The translations under genes and the position numbers were made by a program. Positions 20,586 to 33,741 of a DNA stretch of 64,000 nt are shown here, piece by piece (within the stretch, counting starts at the first letter, position 1; each line of letters opens with the position of its first letter). Where the stretch lies: assembly GCA_965197925.1 (NCBI GenBank), contig CBDAOC010000020.1:192001-256000 (forward strand), given 5' to 3'. The notes under the pieces are model-generated. The model worked only from the letters and a program-made list of their open reading frames with translations, did not search any database and was not told the DNA's origin. This DNA is from Nitrososphaerales archaeon (lineage in GTDB: Archaea > Thermoproteota > Nitrososphaeria > Nitrososphaerales > UBA213).

Positions 20586-21378
20586 GTTTTCTTTTCCAAT
20601 CATAGTTGTTACATCTACTATCTGAGACGTGTTATCGTTTACACCAAAATCAAAATGATTGTTTATACTTTTTTGATTATATGTTCGGCACCTGAAGGGA
20701 TTGCATCTTTTATCTGAGGCTCTCCAAAATATTCACCCACACAAGCTCCAGCAAGAATATTTGTCGTTAGATTAACTTCGTCCTACCAATTGAATATATT
20801 ACTTCCGAAAGATTTAGATCATTGTCTTCCTATACTCTTCATGACCTACGATGGGTTGCATTAAGGAACTCTATCCGTGAAACAATGGTTCAGAATTTAT
20901 CCATTTCTTGAGATAATCCACATTTATTTTATTCCTAAAAATGTCGTATTGATGACATAGTATTACTGATTCATGTCCTCCAATCTAATGGAGGTGATAA
21001 ATTATCCATCTCATACAATATTACTAAATTGATATTCGATTCAGTTAGATAATGCAAAGCTTCTATGAAAGCTAGCCTGCCTTGTATCAATAACTTATCA
21101 AATGGACAAGGACCTAACAGTGAGCATCATTTTTTTTCTATTATTAGATATGGGATGTATTCTTGAGAGTCCTAAACTTGTATTTTTTAATTTAATTGAC
21201 AGGCCATACCCATTTACGAATAGACCCTTCGCCACGTATTATTCGTTTTAATGATCTACAGCTTTAAAACGAGGGATCAGATTTCCATGCGCAAGTGGGG
21301 ACATCACTTTTGCTGAACCTCAATAAAGAGATTAATTCTCATGACGAATTTCTTTCAACTTTAATGGGCTAATTAGTA

Positions 21379-22296
21379 CTAGACGGCGAATTTTGAAAGT
21401 TCTCTTGCTAGCTCGATCGTTCTTTCCACGCTATAACCCTCACCAGCAGATTGACCGAGCACGACTCGATTGAAACCTATTTCCTTTAACTTTGCAATAT
21501 CAGCTCCGATCTCCTCGATTGTTCCAGTCATTGGCATTCTTTCATCAGAGCTATTTTGAATAAGGCGAGGAAATGTCAGGGTCGTCATATCAAAATCATC
21601 GGGAGCTTTCTCAGCTTTTTCTATCTCCCGTTTAATAGAATCAAGAACTTGTTTTAACTGATCAATTGGGCCTCCCACTACTCCTAGCCATCCGTCAGAG
21701 TATTTTGCAATTCTTTGGAATGTTTTTGACGAAAATCCTCCAAGCAATATTCTTGGATGAGGTTTCTGAAGCGGCTTGGATCCAATATTAGAAGCCGGGA
21801 TATTGTAAAATTTACCCTTAAACTCAACAATATCATCAGTCCATACCCTTTTCAACGCTTCAAGAAATTCATTCTGCCTATTACCCCTATTCTCAAATGG
21901 AACGTTTGAGGTCTGATACTCATATTTTGACCACCCGATTCCTAGTCCTGCAATTACTCGCCCTCCTGATAAAACGTCAAGAGTTGCAAATTCACGCCCT
22001 AAGACAACGGGATTATGAAAAAGAACATCGATAACACCTGTTCCTAGCAAAATTTTTTTTGTAAAAGCAGCAACATAGGAGAGTAGGTTTATGGGATCGT
22101 AGATATTCTGCCATTCTACCGGCATAATTCCGTTAGCGGAGCCGGGATACTTTGATTGTGGATTAATTGGCCACAAGAGTCTCTCAATCACCCATAAAGA
22201 TTCAAGATTTTCTTTTTCAGCAGCCTGAGCTAATTTGATCACATTTTCTCTCGTTGCATTCTTACCTACCTGTGGAAGCATTAAACCCAACTTCAT
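21379..22296 (-). CDS. LLM-class F420-dependent oxidoreductase
   Basis: ATLDVLSGGRVIAGLGIGW, PLQKPHP, RIAKYSDGW. Confidence 0.9.
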   Translation of the reverse strand: MKLGLMLPQVGKNATRENVIKLAQAAEKENLESLWVIERLLWPINPQSKYPGSANGIMPVEWQNIYDPINLLSYVAAFTKKILLGTGVIDVLFHNPVVLGREFATLDVLSGGRVIAGLGIGWSKYEYQTSNVPFENRGNRQNEFLEALKRVWTDDIVEFKGKFYNIPASNIGSKPLQKPHPRILLGGFSSKTFQRIAKYSDGWLGVVGGPIDQLKQVLDSIKREIEKAEKAPDDFDMTTLTFPRLIQNSSDERMPMTGTIEEIGADIAKLKEIGFNRVVLGQSAGEGYSVERTIELARELSKFAV

Positions 22297-22347
22297 CTAC
22301 CTTCTACCTCGATCCAATATTCGATATTTCAATTCAGTCATATATTT

Positions 22348-23436
22348 GAGGCTTGGGCATAATTCAATTATAATATTATTTTGAAATTGGTTCTTTAGCT
22401 TCCCAACATGTGCTTCAATGCTCTCAGAGGCCTTCCTGTCAAGTAGTAGTATACCATCAGCTGGTATAGCAATATAGAAATCAGAACGATGCTCCTAGCT
22501 TTATCAAATCCTCTAACTGGCAATGGATCTATGGTAAATACATCCTTCATATGCTCTATCAATGGCTCAACGCTTATGCTCCTCCGAGAATATACATGCT
22601 GCCCAAATTCAGAGTTATAGAACTGCAGCAATGCCAGTCTATTATTATCTGTAGTATGCCTATACCTTTCCAATGGGAATACAAGCAGGAATCCTCTATA
22701 CCTGCTGAAATCACATAACTTGTGATCATCATATCCTTCATCTCCTACAACATACATCACCATTCCTGTAGGCAATGAAGATGTGATGCTTTCATACATC
22801 ATGTTATCAGTAATGTTAGCTGTTGTGAAATCAGCTGATAATGGAACTATCAACGAACCTGTGCTACATGCTAGATGCAGTTTGTATCCGAATACCCATC
22901 CCTTGGTTCTGCTGTAGCCCCATCGAGCATCTGTATCTATACCAGAGCGTGGCACTTCATTCTTCTTCATGCTAGATTTGTGCCATACATGTCCCTTTGC
23001 TTTCAACAATGAACTGTCAACGGATATTATGGCTGGGTCTACCAACCCATCTTTTATGAAGAGCATACCCATAGCACCTATCCTTGATCTTATGTCAATT
23101 GATACGGCCTTGACCTTCTGTCGAATGTTCTTCTGTCTGGCAACCTATCAAGACCACATGCCTTCATTACCTTCCTGTTGTATGGCATGTCTATCGAATA
23201 GTATTCATGCAAAGCATTGTTGCTTGGTATTCTTACCCATACTCTAACGATGAAGCATCTACCATAACTGTAGGAGAATAGTAGAATGGTCTACCCCTTT
23301 TCCTATTAGGTTTTGACCAAGGAATCACGTCAATCAAAAATAATATACGAAGGAGTATCGAGTCTGAGCTAAACATATCAACAATGAAAAATGGAACCTG
23401 ATCTTATCGTTTCGAACTAAATTACGCCCAAGCCTC
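22348..23436 (-). mobile_element. DDE insertion sequence (IS4/IS5-like, DDE_Tnp_1 type), 5' part of transposase disrupted
   Basis: 17-bp TIRs GAGGCTTGGGC(A/G)TAATT; 8-bp target duplication ATATATTT (22340-22347, 23437-23444); VDSS, GDEGYD and RRSISVEP motifs. Confidence 0.92.
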
Positions 23437-23576
23437 ATATATTTAATGGTTTTTCGAGTAATAAAATCATGATTTGATTAACATACTATCACACCTGTCA
23501 ACAACTTTCAAACAAATCATACCGTGGATTGTTATGAATTTTTATTCTGAAAAAATTTCCAAGGTATCAGATACTT

Positions 23577-24602
23577 TTATTGCGATTGAATATTATTAAA
23601 AAATTTTGATACTTCCTGTAACGTAGGAGATTCAGTCCTCGATATATAATAAGCTGCACATACATTTGCAAATAATAGTCGTTCGCTTGCCTGTAATCCG
23701 CATAGGTATCCAATAATATCTGCAGCATCCCATACGTCACCTGCACCTGTAGAGACTACAGTATCAAAATCTAAAGATTTCACAAACGAAGTTTCGACAC
23801 CATTGGATGTGGAAGAGCCAATGGGAGTGTGTATATCTACATTAACCGACAGTTTGGAAGAGAGTGCCTTCGCAGCAGCACTAATGTCCTTATTGGAATA
23901 GTTTATTGGTAGAGGTAAGAGACTTAAGGATTCCATGGTTAATCTACATTCGTTTTCATTAAGACTCAATACATTCATGTGACCAGAAAGTTCATCCAAG
24001 CAATGTCTGAAATCTTTTTTCCTAGTGCTTATATCTGCAGGGTCCATGAAGCATAATGCGTCTTTGGGAGTGTTTTTGAATACCTTTAATGCTAGTTCTG
24101 TCCCCTTAATGTTACTTGCCCAGTTGGCGATCACAACAGCTGATGCTTTTCTTATCATATCCATTTCATTCTTACGAAGTTCTTTGGCACCAAAATTTTT
24201 CATATCTCCAACATCGCTAATCATCACATTTGCCTTTCTCTTGTCTTTCCTTTCAATCTCGAATGATACAGTATTCCCCTGCTTTCCATCTGTGATTAAG
24301 AATTTTACATTCTTATATTTTGCAAACATATTCTGAAGAATATTTTTTCCTAAATTATCTGCAATTGTTATTACACATACTTTTGCGCCAACTTTTGCTA
24401 AAGCGTATGCAATGTTGATTGCGTTACCTCCTATCATCTCTTTTTGTGCTATGTCGCGTATGCTACCACCGCCTATCTTCGACTTCGCCTTAACTTCAGA
24501 GAATAATAAGTTAAGATCATTTATCATGACAATTCTATCAACGAAGAAATCATGCATTACAACTATCTGTTTAGATTCAATATCCCTTATGTTATTAAAC
24601 AT
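23577..24602 (-). CDS. PfkB-family carbohydrate kinase
   Basis: GGNAIN, LNENE, STGAGD motifs. Confidence 0.88.
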   Translation of the reverse strand: MFNNIRDIESKQIVVMHDFFVDRIVMINDLNLLFSEVKAKSKIGGGSIRDIAQKEMIGGNAINIAYALAKVGAKVCVITIADNLGKNILQNMFAKYKNVKFLITDGKQGNTVSFEIERKDKRKANVMISDVGDMKNFGAKELRKNEMDMIRKASAVVIANWASNIKGTELALKVFKNTPKDALCFMDPADISTRKKDFRHCLDELSGHMNVLSLNENECRLTMESLSLLPLPINYSNKDISAAAKALSSKLSVNVDIHTPIGSSTSNGVETSFVKSLDFDTVVSTGAGDVWDAADIIGYLCGLQASERLLFANVCAAYYISRTESPTLQEVSKFFNNIQSQ

Positions 24603-24625
24603 GAAAATAAAATGGGTTTTGGACT

Positions 24626-26323
<1,698 letters not shown>

Positions 26324-26615
26324 ATTATCACCTAAAACTAATTCAAATGAATCTGGTGTAGTTTATAAATTTTATTAAATAAAACTGGAAAAAATGATGA
26401 GTAAGCAGAATAAGCTCCTTTAGTCATTACAAGCTACCAAGGATATATTCTTAATATTTTCCGGAGTTCGCAAATTAATGTAGTTTATTTTATAATCCAT
26501 CCCCAAGTTTGATGTGTTGATGTCTCCAAACTCATCCTTGCAGGCTACTTGTAAATAATGAGAAGATAATCAAAGAAAAACCCATATTAACAATATCACT
26601 AGTGTACTATCGGGA

Positions 26616-28397
26616 TTATTCCTTTACGAATATACTAGCATATTCTCTCTTCTTCACATTCACCATACCATTATCTGTAAAGCGTATCTCAGGCAATGAC
26701 ACGAAGGTAACGAATAGCAAAGTCTTTAGAGGTTTATCGAATGGACAACCTAGCTTCTTAAGTGTAGCATTCATCTCTTTATATTCATTAGATGCTTCCT
26801 CAAAATTCTTCGATGACATAATACCAGCTATATCCATGTCATATTTTGTTAGAATCTTCCCCTCCTTTACTGCCACTACACCGCCTTTCATCTCAATAAT
26901 AGCATTCGCTGCAACGGCCATCTGCTCTTCATCGGTACCAATTACTACCAGTTGATTTTCACAAACATTGATTGTACTCGCAAAAGCATCTATATCGGTC
27001 TTGAAGCCTTTCTCGAATCCCAAGCCAATTCTGCCAGACCTGTGATGCCTGTCAATGACGGCAATTTTCCAAACGTCTTCATCTCTTGACGGCCTAACGT
27101 TATTGTTAACCACAGTAAGTTCAGCGGTGCCAAACTTTGTTATTATGTCACTAGACATATTAGCAACTACAACCTGTACCTTGTTATCCTGATTCCTTTG
27201 TTTAGGAGGACTAATATGAAAATCTGTAGCAGTAAGATTATCTTTCACATTGATAGTGCTCCTTGCCCATGACGGATGTTCAAATTTCTTATTCTTAACC
27301 AATATGGTGCTATCGTCAACAACCAACCGACCATTTACGAATACTTTAGCCACTCCGAAATCTACCAGGTCTTTGAATACCACGATATCAGCCAACCTCC
27401 CGGGAGAAATTCCGCCCAGATCGCTATCCAATCCGTAATAAGTTGCCGTATTAAGAGATGCTAACTGCACCGCTCTAGCTGGGTGCATACCGGATTTTGC
27501 ACAAAGTCGTATACAGTGATCAATGTACCCAATTTTGATCATATCTTCAGGATCAACACCATCAGTTGCCATCATGACCCTAGAGAAGTTGATCTCATTT
27601 CTCATAAGTTCTGATATAATTGCTTCCATATCCCTCCTTGTACTACCCTCTCGAAGCATTACCCACATTCCTAGCTGGAGGCGTTCCATGAATTCAGTGT
27701 AGTTGATAGGTTCATGACAAGAAAATATGCCTGAAGATATGTATGAGGCAAGCTTAATCCCTCTGGCACCTGCTGTGTGCCCATTGATCAGTTTGCCTTT
27801 TGCAAGAGCATACTTCATGATCTTGAAAAGTTCCTTCTCCTTGCCAGTTACTCGAGTCCACGAAAGAACCTCACCGAGACCCAACACATCATCATTCTTA
27901 AGTGCATTAACAACTTCCTGATACTTCATGTATCTTGAATTGCTAAACTTCGGATCCTGAGGCAGGGCCACGGGTACCATCGTCAAGACACGAATTGGTA
28001 GCGATCTAGCCTCTTTTAGGAAGAGATTGAAACCTTTATGGCCCAAGACGCCAACCATGTCAACAGGGTCTGCAAACACTGTTGTTGTTCCATGCAATAA
28101 TGCTTGTTTTGCGAACTCTGTTGGTGAAACTAGAAAATCCAGATGTGTATGTGCATCCATCAAACCAGGGGATATGAACATACCTTCCAAATCTATTATC
28201 TTATTTACTTTGATATGTGATGCATCATGACCCACAAACGCTACTCTATCCTCGTAGATTGCTACTTCCATTTTATCTACTATCTCACCGCTGTAAGTAT
28301 TCAACAAGCTGCAGTTCTTAAGCACTAGATCTGCAGACTTGTTCCCTAGAGAAACATCAACCAATTTACCAACTATTTGTGCAAGTTTCCTTGCCAT
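26616..28397 (-). CDS. ade: Adenine deaminase
   Basis: DAHTH, GTTTVFADP, GLGEV, REGS, TDG and PEIRFTD motifs. Confidence 0.9.
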   Translation of the reverse strand: MARKLAQIVGKLVDVSLGNKSADLVLKNCSLLNTYSGEIVDKMEVAIYEDRVAFVGHDASHIKVNKIIDLEGMFISPGLMDAHTHLDFLVSPTEFAKQALLHGTTTVFADPVDMVGVLGHKGFNLFLKEARSLPIRVLTMVPVALPQDPKFSNSRYMKYQEVVNALKNDDVLGLGEVLSWTRVTGKEKELFKIMKYALAKGKLINGHTAGARGIKLASYISSGIFSCHEPINYTEFMERLQLGMWVMLREGSTRRDMEAIISELMRNEINFSRVMMATDGVDPEDMIKIGYIDHCIRLCAKSGMHPARAVQLASLNTATYYGLDSDLGGISPGRLADIVVFKDLVDFGVAKVFVNGRLVVDDSTILVKNKKFEHPSWARSTINVKDNLTATDFHISPPKQRNQDNKVQVVVANMSSDIITKFGTAELTVVNNNVRPSRDEDVWKIAVIDRHHRSGRIGLGFEKGFKTDIDAFASTINVCENQLVVIGTDEEQMAVAANAIIEMKGGVVAVKEGKILTKYDMDIAGIMSSKNFEEASNEYKEMNATLKKLGCPFDKPLKTLLFVTFVSLPEIRFTDNGMVNVKKREYASIFVKE

Positions 28398-28473
28398 AAC
28401 ACTCGATCTTCCCCTTCATATAAATGAGTTACCAGTATGTATCTTTAAATTATAGGAACAATTAAGACTGTAT

Positions 28474-28755
28474 ATGAAGGTGCCGAAGGAGATTAGGATG
28501 CACTGTCCAAGGTGTAAGAAGCATACTGCCCATACTGTAAGTTTGTATAAGAGGGGGAAACAGCGTAATTCTTCACTTGGAGCTAGAAGACATGCAGAAG
28601 ATAAAAAGGGCTATGGTGGACAGAAATTTCCTGAATTGAAAAGAACTGCAAAAACTACAAAGAAACAAACATTGATGATGAAGTGTAAGGTATGCAAATA
28701 CATTATTCAGAAACATGGTATGCGTGTACGTAAACTGGAGATTGTTGCTCGTTGA
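28474..28755 (+). CDS. rpl44e: 50S ribosomal protein L44e (eL42)
   Basis: CPRCKKHT, GYGGQ, KTTKK, CKVC. Confidence 0.96.
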   Translation: MKVPKEIRMHCPRCKKHTAHTVSLYKRGKQRNSSLGARRHAEDKKGYGGQKFPELKRTAKTTKKQTLMMKCKVCKYIIQKHGMRVRKLEIVAR

Positions 28756-28949
28756 AGAAGAAACATATTCTCCATCCGGCGCCAAGGAGTAAATTTCTTT
28801 TTGTCAAGTGCAAGCAGTGTGACAAGGAGAGTATTGTTTTTTCTCATACAACAACTGATATTAATTGTAAATCATGCAGTTCAATCTTGGCTGAAAGCAG
28901 TGGTAGTAAGGCTAGACTATTCGGTAATGAATTCAAACCATTAGATTAG
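28752..28949 (+). CDS. rps27e: 30S ribosomal protein S27e
   Basis: PRSKFLFVKCKQC...IVFSH...CKSC; TTG start overlaps the rpl44e stop. Confidence 0.93.
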   Translation: MKKKHILHPAPRSKFLFVKCKQCDKESIVFSHTTTDINCKSCSSILAESSGSKARLFGNEFKPLD

Positions 28950-29552
28950 AAATTTTTCGGCTGTCCGAAGATCGTGCTTTGTATTAGTGTTAAATGCTAG
29001 TTGCACTTTATCCATTACAAGAAATTCTTCATCCATTTTTGAGTAACCATATACTTTCGATGAGTCTATTATACAGACTCCAGTATTACATATTTTCTCA
29101 CCGTTGTATTCCAAGGAGTAATCTGTTTTAATCCCAAGATCGTCTACCATTGCCTTACTAACCATAACTGTGAGACAAGGTTTGTTACTCAAGTCATATC
29201 TACTGACTACTTTTTTGATCGTAGATTGATCTATCAATGGCATATCCGCAGATATAATGAATACTTTATGGGGTCTTAATAGTTCTAACCCATAATTCAA
29301 ATCCTTCACATAATCATCTCCGGAACTACTAGCTACTTCTACGCCAGCGCTCGCCAGAAATTGTTCGGTTCTGGGAGTATTGGAGCTTACCATTGCTACT
29401 ATCTTCTCAAAGCAATTGGAATTAATTAATCCAGTAAGAACATAACTTATCATGGGTTTACCCTTAATCATCAACATAGGTTTCTCCTGTCTGGATTCCA
29501 TCCTTGTCCCCTTGCCACCAGCCATTATTATTGCAAGTATGTAAATCACCAC
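28941..29552 (-). CDS. cobY: GTP:adenosylcobinamide-phosphate guanylyltransferase (NTP transferase)
   Basis: MAGGKGTRM..EKP, YVKDL, ADMP, NTNT motifs. Confidence 0.8.
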   Translation of the reverse strand: MVIYILAIIMAGGKGTRMESRQEKPMLMIKGKPMISYVLTGLINSNCFEKIVAMVSSNTPRTEQFLASAGVEVASSSGDDYVKDLNYGLELLRPHKVFIISADMPLIDQSTIKKVVSRYDLSNKPCLTVMVSKAMVDDLGIKTDYSLEYNGEKICNTGVCIIDSSKVYGYSKMDEEFLVMDKVQLAFNTNTKHDLRTAEKFLI

Positions 29553-30114
29553 TCTGTATTTGAAGGGTATTTATCATCAATTTGATTGGCCATTTTTCTA
29601 CGTAATAATAGATATAACGATCCTGATATGTTTTATTGTATAGGAATATTGTGTACATTAGTTATAAGATCAATAATAGGTACGGTGCTTGTCGCTTTGG
29701 GTGAAACTGGTAACGCAATAAACTACTTTCCAACATTATCTGCCTTATCCTTATCTCTCTCAACCACGATTCATCCTTGTGGACTCCTTCGAATCTAACA
29801 AGTTTGCGGAAATAATCTTACTATTTTGAATATGGGTTATATTTAGGGATCTAGTAAGTTATTCGTATGCAGCATCCTAGCAATAGACAATGAACAAGTT
29901 TGGAAAAATATGTTTTTACCGACTAGATTAGATAGAATTAGAATATTCATCTTGGACTATTTTCTTGTGCTCGTAGAAAATGAAAATATCAAACAATTTA
30001 AGAGTTATTGACCAAATTGATGTAATTTTTAATTCCCTACTGTTAGGATCAAAAGCGATACTTCATTATAAGAAAGTTGGTATAAATATATGGAATGTCG
30101 TCGCGGGATAATTA

Positions 30115-30879
30115 ATGGTTAAAGAATTAATTGTCATTGTGTTACTTCTTTCATGCTCATTATTTAGCCAAGCATATTCCTCTATGCTTAGCAGTCAAAT
30201 CGATCTAACATCAATAGAAGGGGATGAAGCAGTAGTCATCTTTCTACCAATGATTAGTAACTGGAAAAAAGAGTTTTCATTTGAAGACAAGTACGTAAAA
30301 AGTGAACTCCAGCAAGATGCTACAATGGCATTTCGATATACAAATGAGAAAGACAGTTCGAGGGTGATTTGGGTTGCAATTCAAATATCCAAGGGCAGGC
30401 ACATGTGGGAGGATTCACTCTTAAAAGAACCGGCGAAGCGAGGCGAACCTGGGGCCAATGTAATAGAACATAAAGATTTGATGTTGATTGAAGAACCAAT
30501 AACCAACGCCAAACTCTTTATCTTTCAAAGACATGCCTCTGCACAACCGAAGCAATTTTGTATTGGTTCGTGACAGCAGAATTCAAGATAGGTGAATTTA
30601 CCGAAAAGAGAAATGTCCTGATATCATTATGGCAATATACTACTTCTCTGGAAAATTCAGGTTTGATCAGCGATGAGGCTAATACTGAGGAGATCGAAGA
30701 ACTTTACATCTCCTTTGCTAAACCAATTGCAAATCACTGAGAAAATAGCTGAAAAAGAAAGTACACTAAATTACGATAGCCCATACTTATGGTTTCTTGC
30801 TGCAGTCCCTCTTCCTGCTTATTTCGCATTAAGGGCTATACTTCACAAGAAGCACCTGGATCAAGCCAGTGAATGCTAA
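30115..30879 (+). pseudogene. Frameshifted secreted or membrane-anchored protein, possibly an EpsI-like (exosortase-associated) domain
   Basis: Signal peptide; three overlapping ORF pieces; VIWVAIQI..HMWE and LYWF motifs; C-terminal TM segment in the last piece. Confidence 0.45.
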
Positions 30880-31051
30880 GGTAGAGTTTACCAACCCATG
30901 GATAGACCAGGGGCATACTGGAAGAATGAGGAATTAATTTTGTAACCTTTACAGACAGCGTTCGTGTTGCAACATAACATTGATTGTTTTAATTCTATAT
31001 TACTTTTCAGTGATTCAAACTATGAACGAGATGTGAGGATCACTAAATATT

Positions 31052-31303
31052 TCATCTAGGCGCAGCCTCTAAATAATCTTCAGGGATTCCGAATTTCTTC
31101 TTGCGCCATTTTGCAATCTTTTTTCGCAGCTCATCTAGTTCTCTACCATCCATGGCTTGAATAATCATATGAAATTCCTCATGGTCCCTGGCCCCAACCA
31201 TTTCTTGAAGCTCGTAAGCAGTGGGAGCTGTTTCTCCTGTGGACAACCCTAGGAATCTTCTTATAATAATATCACATACCACAGTTGAATAAGAAAGACT
31301 CAC
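31052..31303 (-). CDS. Small hypothetical protein
   Basis: 83-aa ORF with protein-like composition. Confidence 0.4.
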   Translation of the reverse strand: MSLSYSTVVCDIIIRRFLGLSTGETAPTAYELQEMVGARDHEEFHMIIQAMDGRELDELRKKIAKWRKKKFGIPEDYLEAAPR

Positions 31304-31469
31304 TTATTTAACTTAGCAGATAAGAATTTCTAATCTTCAGCAAGTAATAATCTACTTGTTATTAACGATAATTTTCTAAAAAGAGATTATTAGCAAAGAA
31401 AATTTTACTACAAACAAATACTATTACCCGGGTGAATGTCTTATTACTAATAAACAGTTTTTAGAAATC

Positions 31470-32667
31470 ATGAAAAAACTGAAGATTCCACTTAACCTGA
31501 TCCATGCACATTTCATGTTCGTTGATATTGTAGGTTTAACAGACCCAAAAAGAACAATAATGAGGCAGATCAAGAAGATTAGGGCTCTTAATACTGCGAT
31601 ATCATCATGTGAAGCATTCAAAAATACCGATCCAAATTTGATTGTGTTTTTGCCGACTGGGGATGGTATGGCCATAGGATTTCTCCAAGGTCCTGAACTC
31701 CCCCTGAAGTTGGCAATAGACCTTCACAAGAAACTCAAGGTGTACAACAAAGTCTGCAGATGACGTATTGCTGATAAGAATAGGATTGAACGATAGTCCA
31801 GTATTTGTTGTGAATGGTATACAAGGAAATCAAAACGCGTGGGGTCCTGGTATCATACTTGCTAGAAGGATTATGGATATTGGCGACGAAATACATATAT
31901 TAATGAGCCAAAAAATAGCTGAAACCTTACGTGAACTGTCTGATGAGTACAAGATATGGATCCATCCATTACATGATTTTCCCATCAAGCATGGGAGGAC
32001 AATCCTTGTTTATTCTGTTCATGGAAACAGTGTAGGTAATCGAAAGAGTCCTAAGAATCCTGATCAGAGAAGCAAGATGGCGGAGGAGTTGGCGAAAAGA
32101 AGAGCCACCACGATTTATAATAATATTGATGTTATACTTACAATAACTGACACAAGGAGCATGCTTGCACACCACAAAAAGATCTATATGGTATAGAATG
32201 CATTTCAGATGATCCGTTGGAGGCAGTTCTACATGGCATATCAACTGATGTGCCAAAGTCATTTAATGACTTCAATGTTAAAACATCTGATGAGGGGGGG
32301 AAGAGAGTTGAAGATAATGAGTATAAACTTCGACACCGAGTACCAAACGGAGTTCACTACTGCCTTCAATACCCCTATCTATAAGGGAGAGAAGGATAGA
32401 ATCTATTCACTAGAATATGATGTGGAAGAACCTGAGAGTTACTTTCAAAACGATTTTAGCATTAATTGCGGCAGGTATGCCATGTCGCTCATATATCCTT
32501 CTGATGCGGGTTTCAAGCCGGTCGTCTACGATCTGAATATTGAGAAGGATAAGAAAAATAAATCCAAAACACAGCCCAAGATATTTGAAGTTGAAAATGG
32601 TCTCATAAAGGCAACTTGGGTAAAGTCAAATGTGATAGAAGGTCAATCGTTTAAGCTGGAATGGTAA
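31470..32667 (+). pseudogene. Class III adenylate/guanylate cyclase-domain protein, broken into three or more pieces
   Basis: FVDIVG, TGDGMAIGF, IRIGLN, WGPGIILARRIMD, KHG motifs spread across frames. Confidence 0.85.
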
Positions 32668-32781
32668 CTCCTGCTACAACTTCACACTCAACATTTAACC
32701 CTTGCAACATCCAATAAATAATAAGCCTAAATTATCAATCGTTGAACCATTTAAATCAGAGAATTCCGTTTCTTAAAGAGA

Positions 32782-33711
32782 TTGTTAGAACCTGTAGACA
32801 AGGTAGAGATTACTATACTTATGGATAATTTGACCGATCTTTTGTTAGATAGTAGTGCGGTTGCAAAGAGGCCGCCACTCTACGGGGGAGGGGTGATGTT
32901 GCCCCCATTGATAGCAGAACACGGTTTTTCAGCTCTTGTAGATGTATATGGAAAATCAAAACAACGAATACTATTTGACACAGGTATTAGCGAGACTGGT
33001 ATGCTCTACAATGCTGATAGATTAGGCTTGGATCTTAACACTACAGACACTATAGTATTAAGCCATGGACACAAGGATCACTTTACTGGTCTCGTACCTT
33101 TGTTGAAACAAATGAAACATGAAATCCCATTAATCTTACACCCAGATGCCTTTCTCAAAAGATTACTCGTATTCCCAAATGGAGAAAGGATGAGGTTTCC
33201 TGTTCTAATTGAAGATACTCTCACAACCAATGGTGCTTCTATAAAAAGAGTGAAAGAACCCTACTTGATTGATGGTTCAGTGCTAGCTACGGGAGAGATT
33301 CCAAGGACAACTGACTTTGAAAAGGGTTTCCCTATTCATTTTGCAGAAATAAATGGTGAATTACAACCAGACCCGCTAATCAAAGATGATCAGGCGTTGG
33401 TGTTCAATGTTAATGGGAAGGGTATTGTTATTTTAGCTGGTTGTGGTCATGCTGGGATAGTCAATACAATCAACTATGCTAGACAAGTGACTCATATAGA
33501 CAATGTTCATGCTGTTTTGGGAGGCTTCCATCTAAGTGGTAGTATATTTGAGAAAATTATCGAACCCACAGTTAATGGTCTGCGGAATCTAGAACCCAAA
33601 TATATCATACCTTCTCACTGCAGTGGGTGGAAATCCATACACAAGATAGCTTCTACAATGCCCGATGCATTCATCCAAACCAGTGTGGGTACAAAATTCG
33701 TGTTTCAATAA
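32782..33711 (+). CDS. MBL-fold metallo-hydrolase (MptH-like family)
   Basis: AEHGFS, SHGHKDH, GCGHAG, GGFHL, SHCSG. Confidence 0.88.
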   Translation: MLEPVDKVEITILMDNLTDLLLDSSAVAKRPPLYGGGVMLPPLIAEHGFSALVDVYGKSKQRILFDTGISETGMLYNADRLGLDLNTTDTIVLSHGHKDHFTGLVPLLKQMKHEIPLILHPDAFLKRLLVFPNGERMRFPVLIEDTLTTNGASIKRVKEPYLIDGSVLATGEIPRTTDFEKGFPIHFAEINGELQPDPLIKDDQALVFNVNGKGIVILAGCGHAGIVNTINYARQVTHIDNVHAVLGGFHLSGSIFEKIIEPTVNGLRNLEPKYIIPSHCSGWKSIHKIASTMPDAFIQTSVGTKFVFQ

Positions 33712-33741
33712 GTTTATTCCTATAGATACTTACTTTTTGCT

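Noticed and set aside
20590..21360. Degenerate minus-strand coding remnants
   Set aside because: Short open stretches only; no identifiable product.
31470..33711. Pycsar-like cyclase plus MBL defence or signalling system
   Set aside because: The cyclase is a pseudogene of a common thaumarchaeal type, the MBL looks MptH-like, and no cNMP-binding effector is visible.
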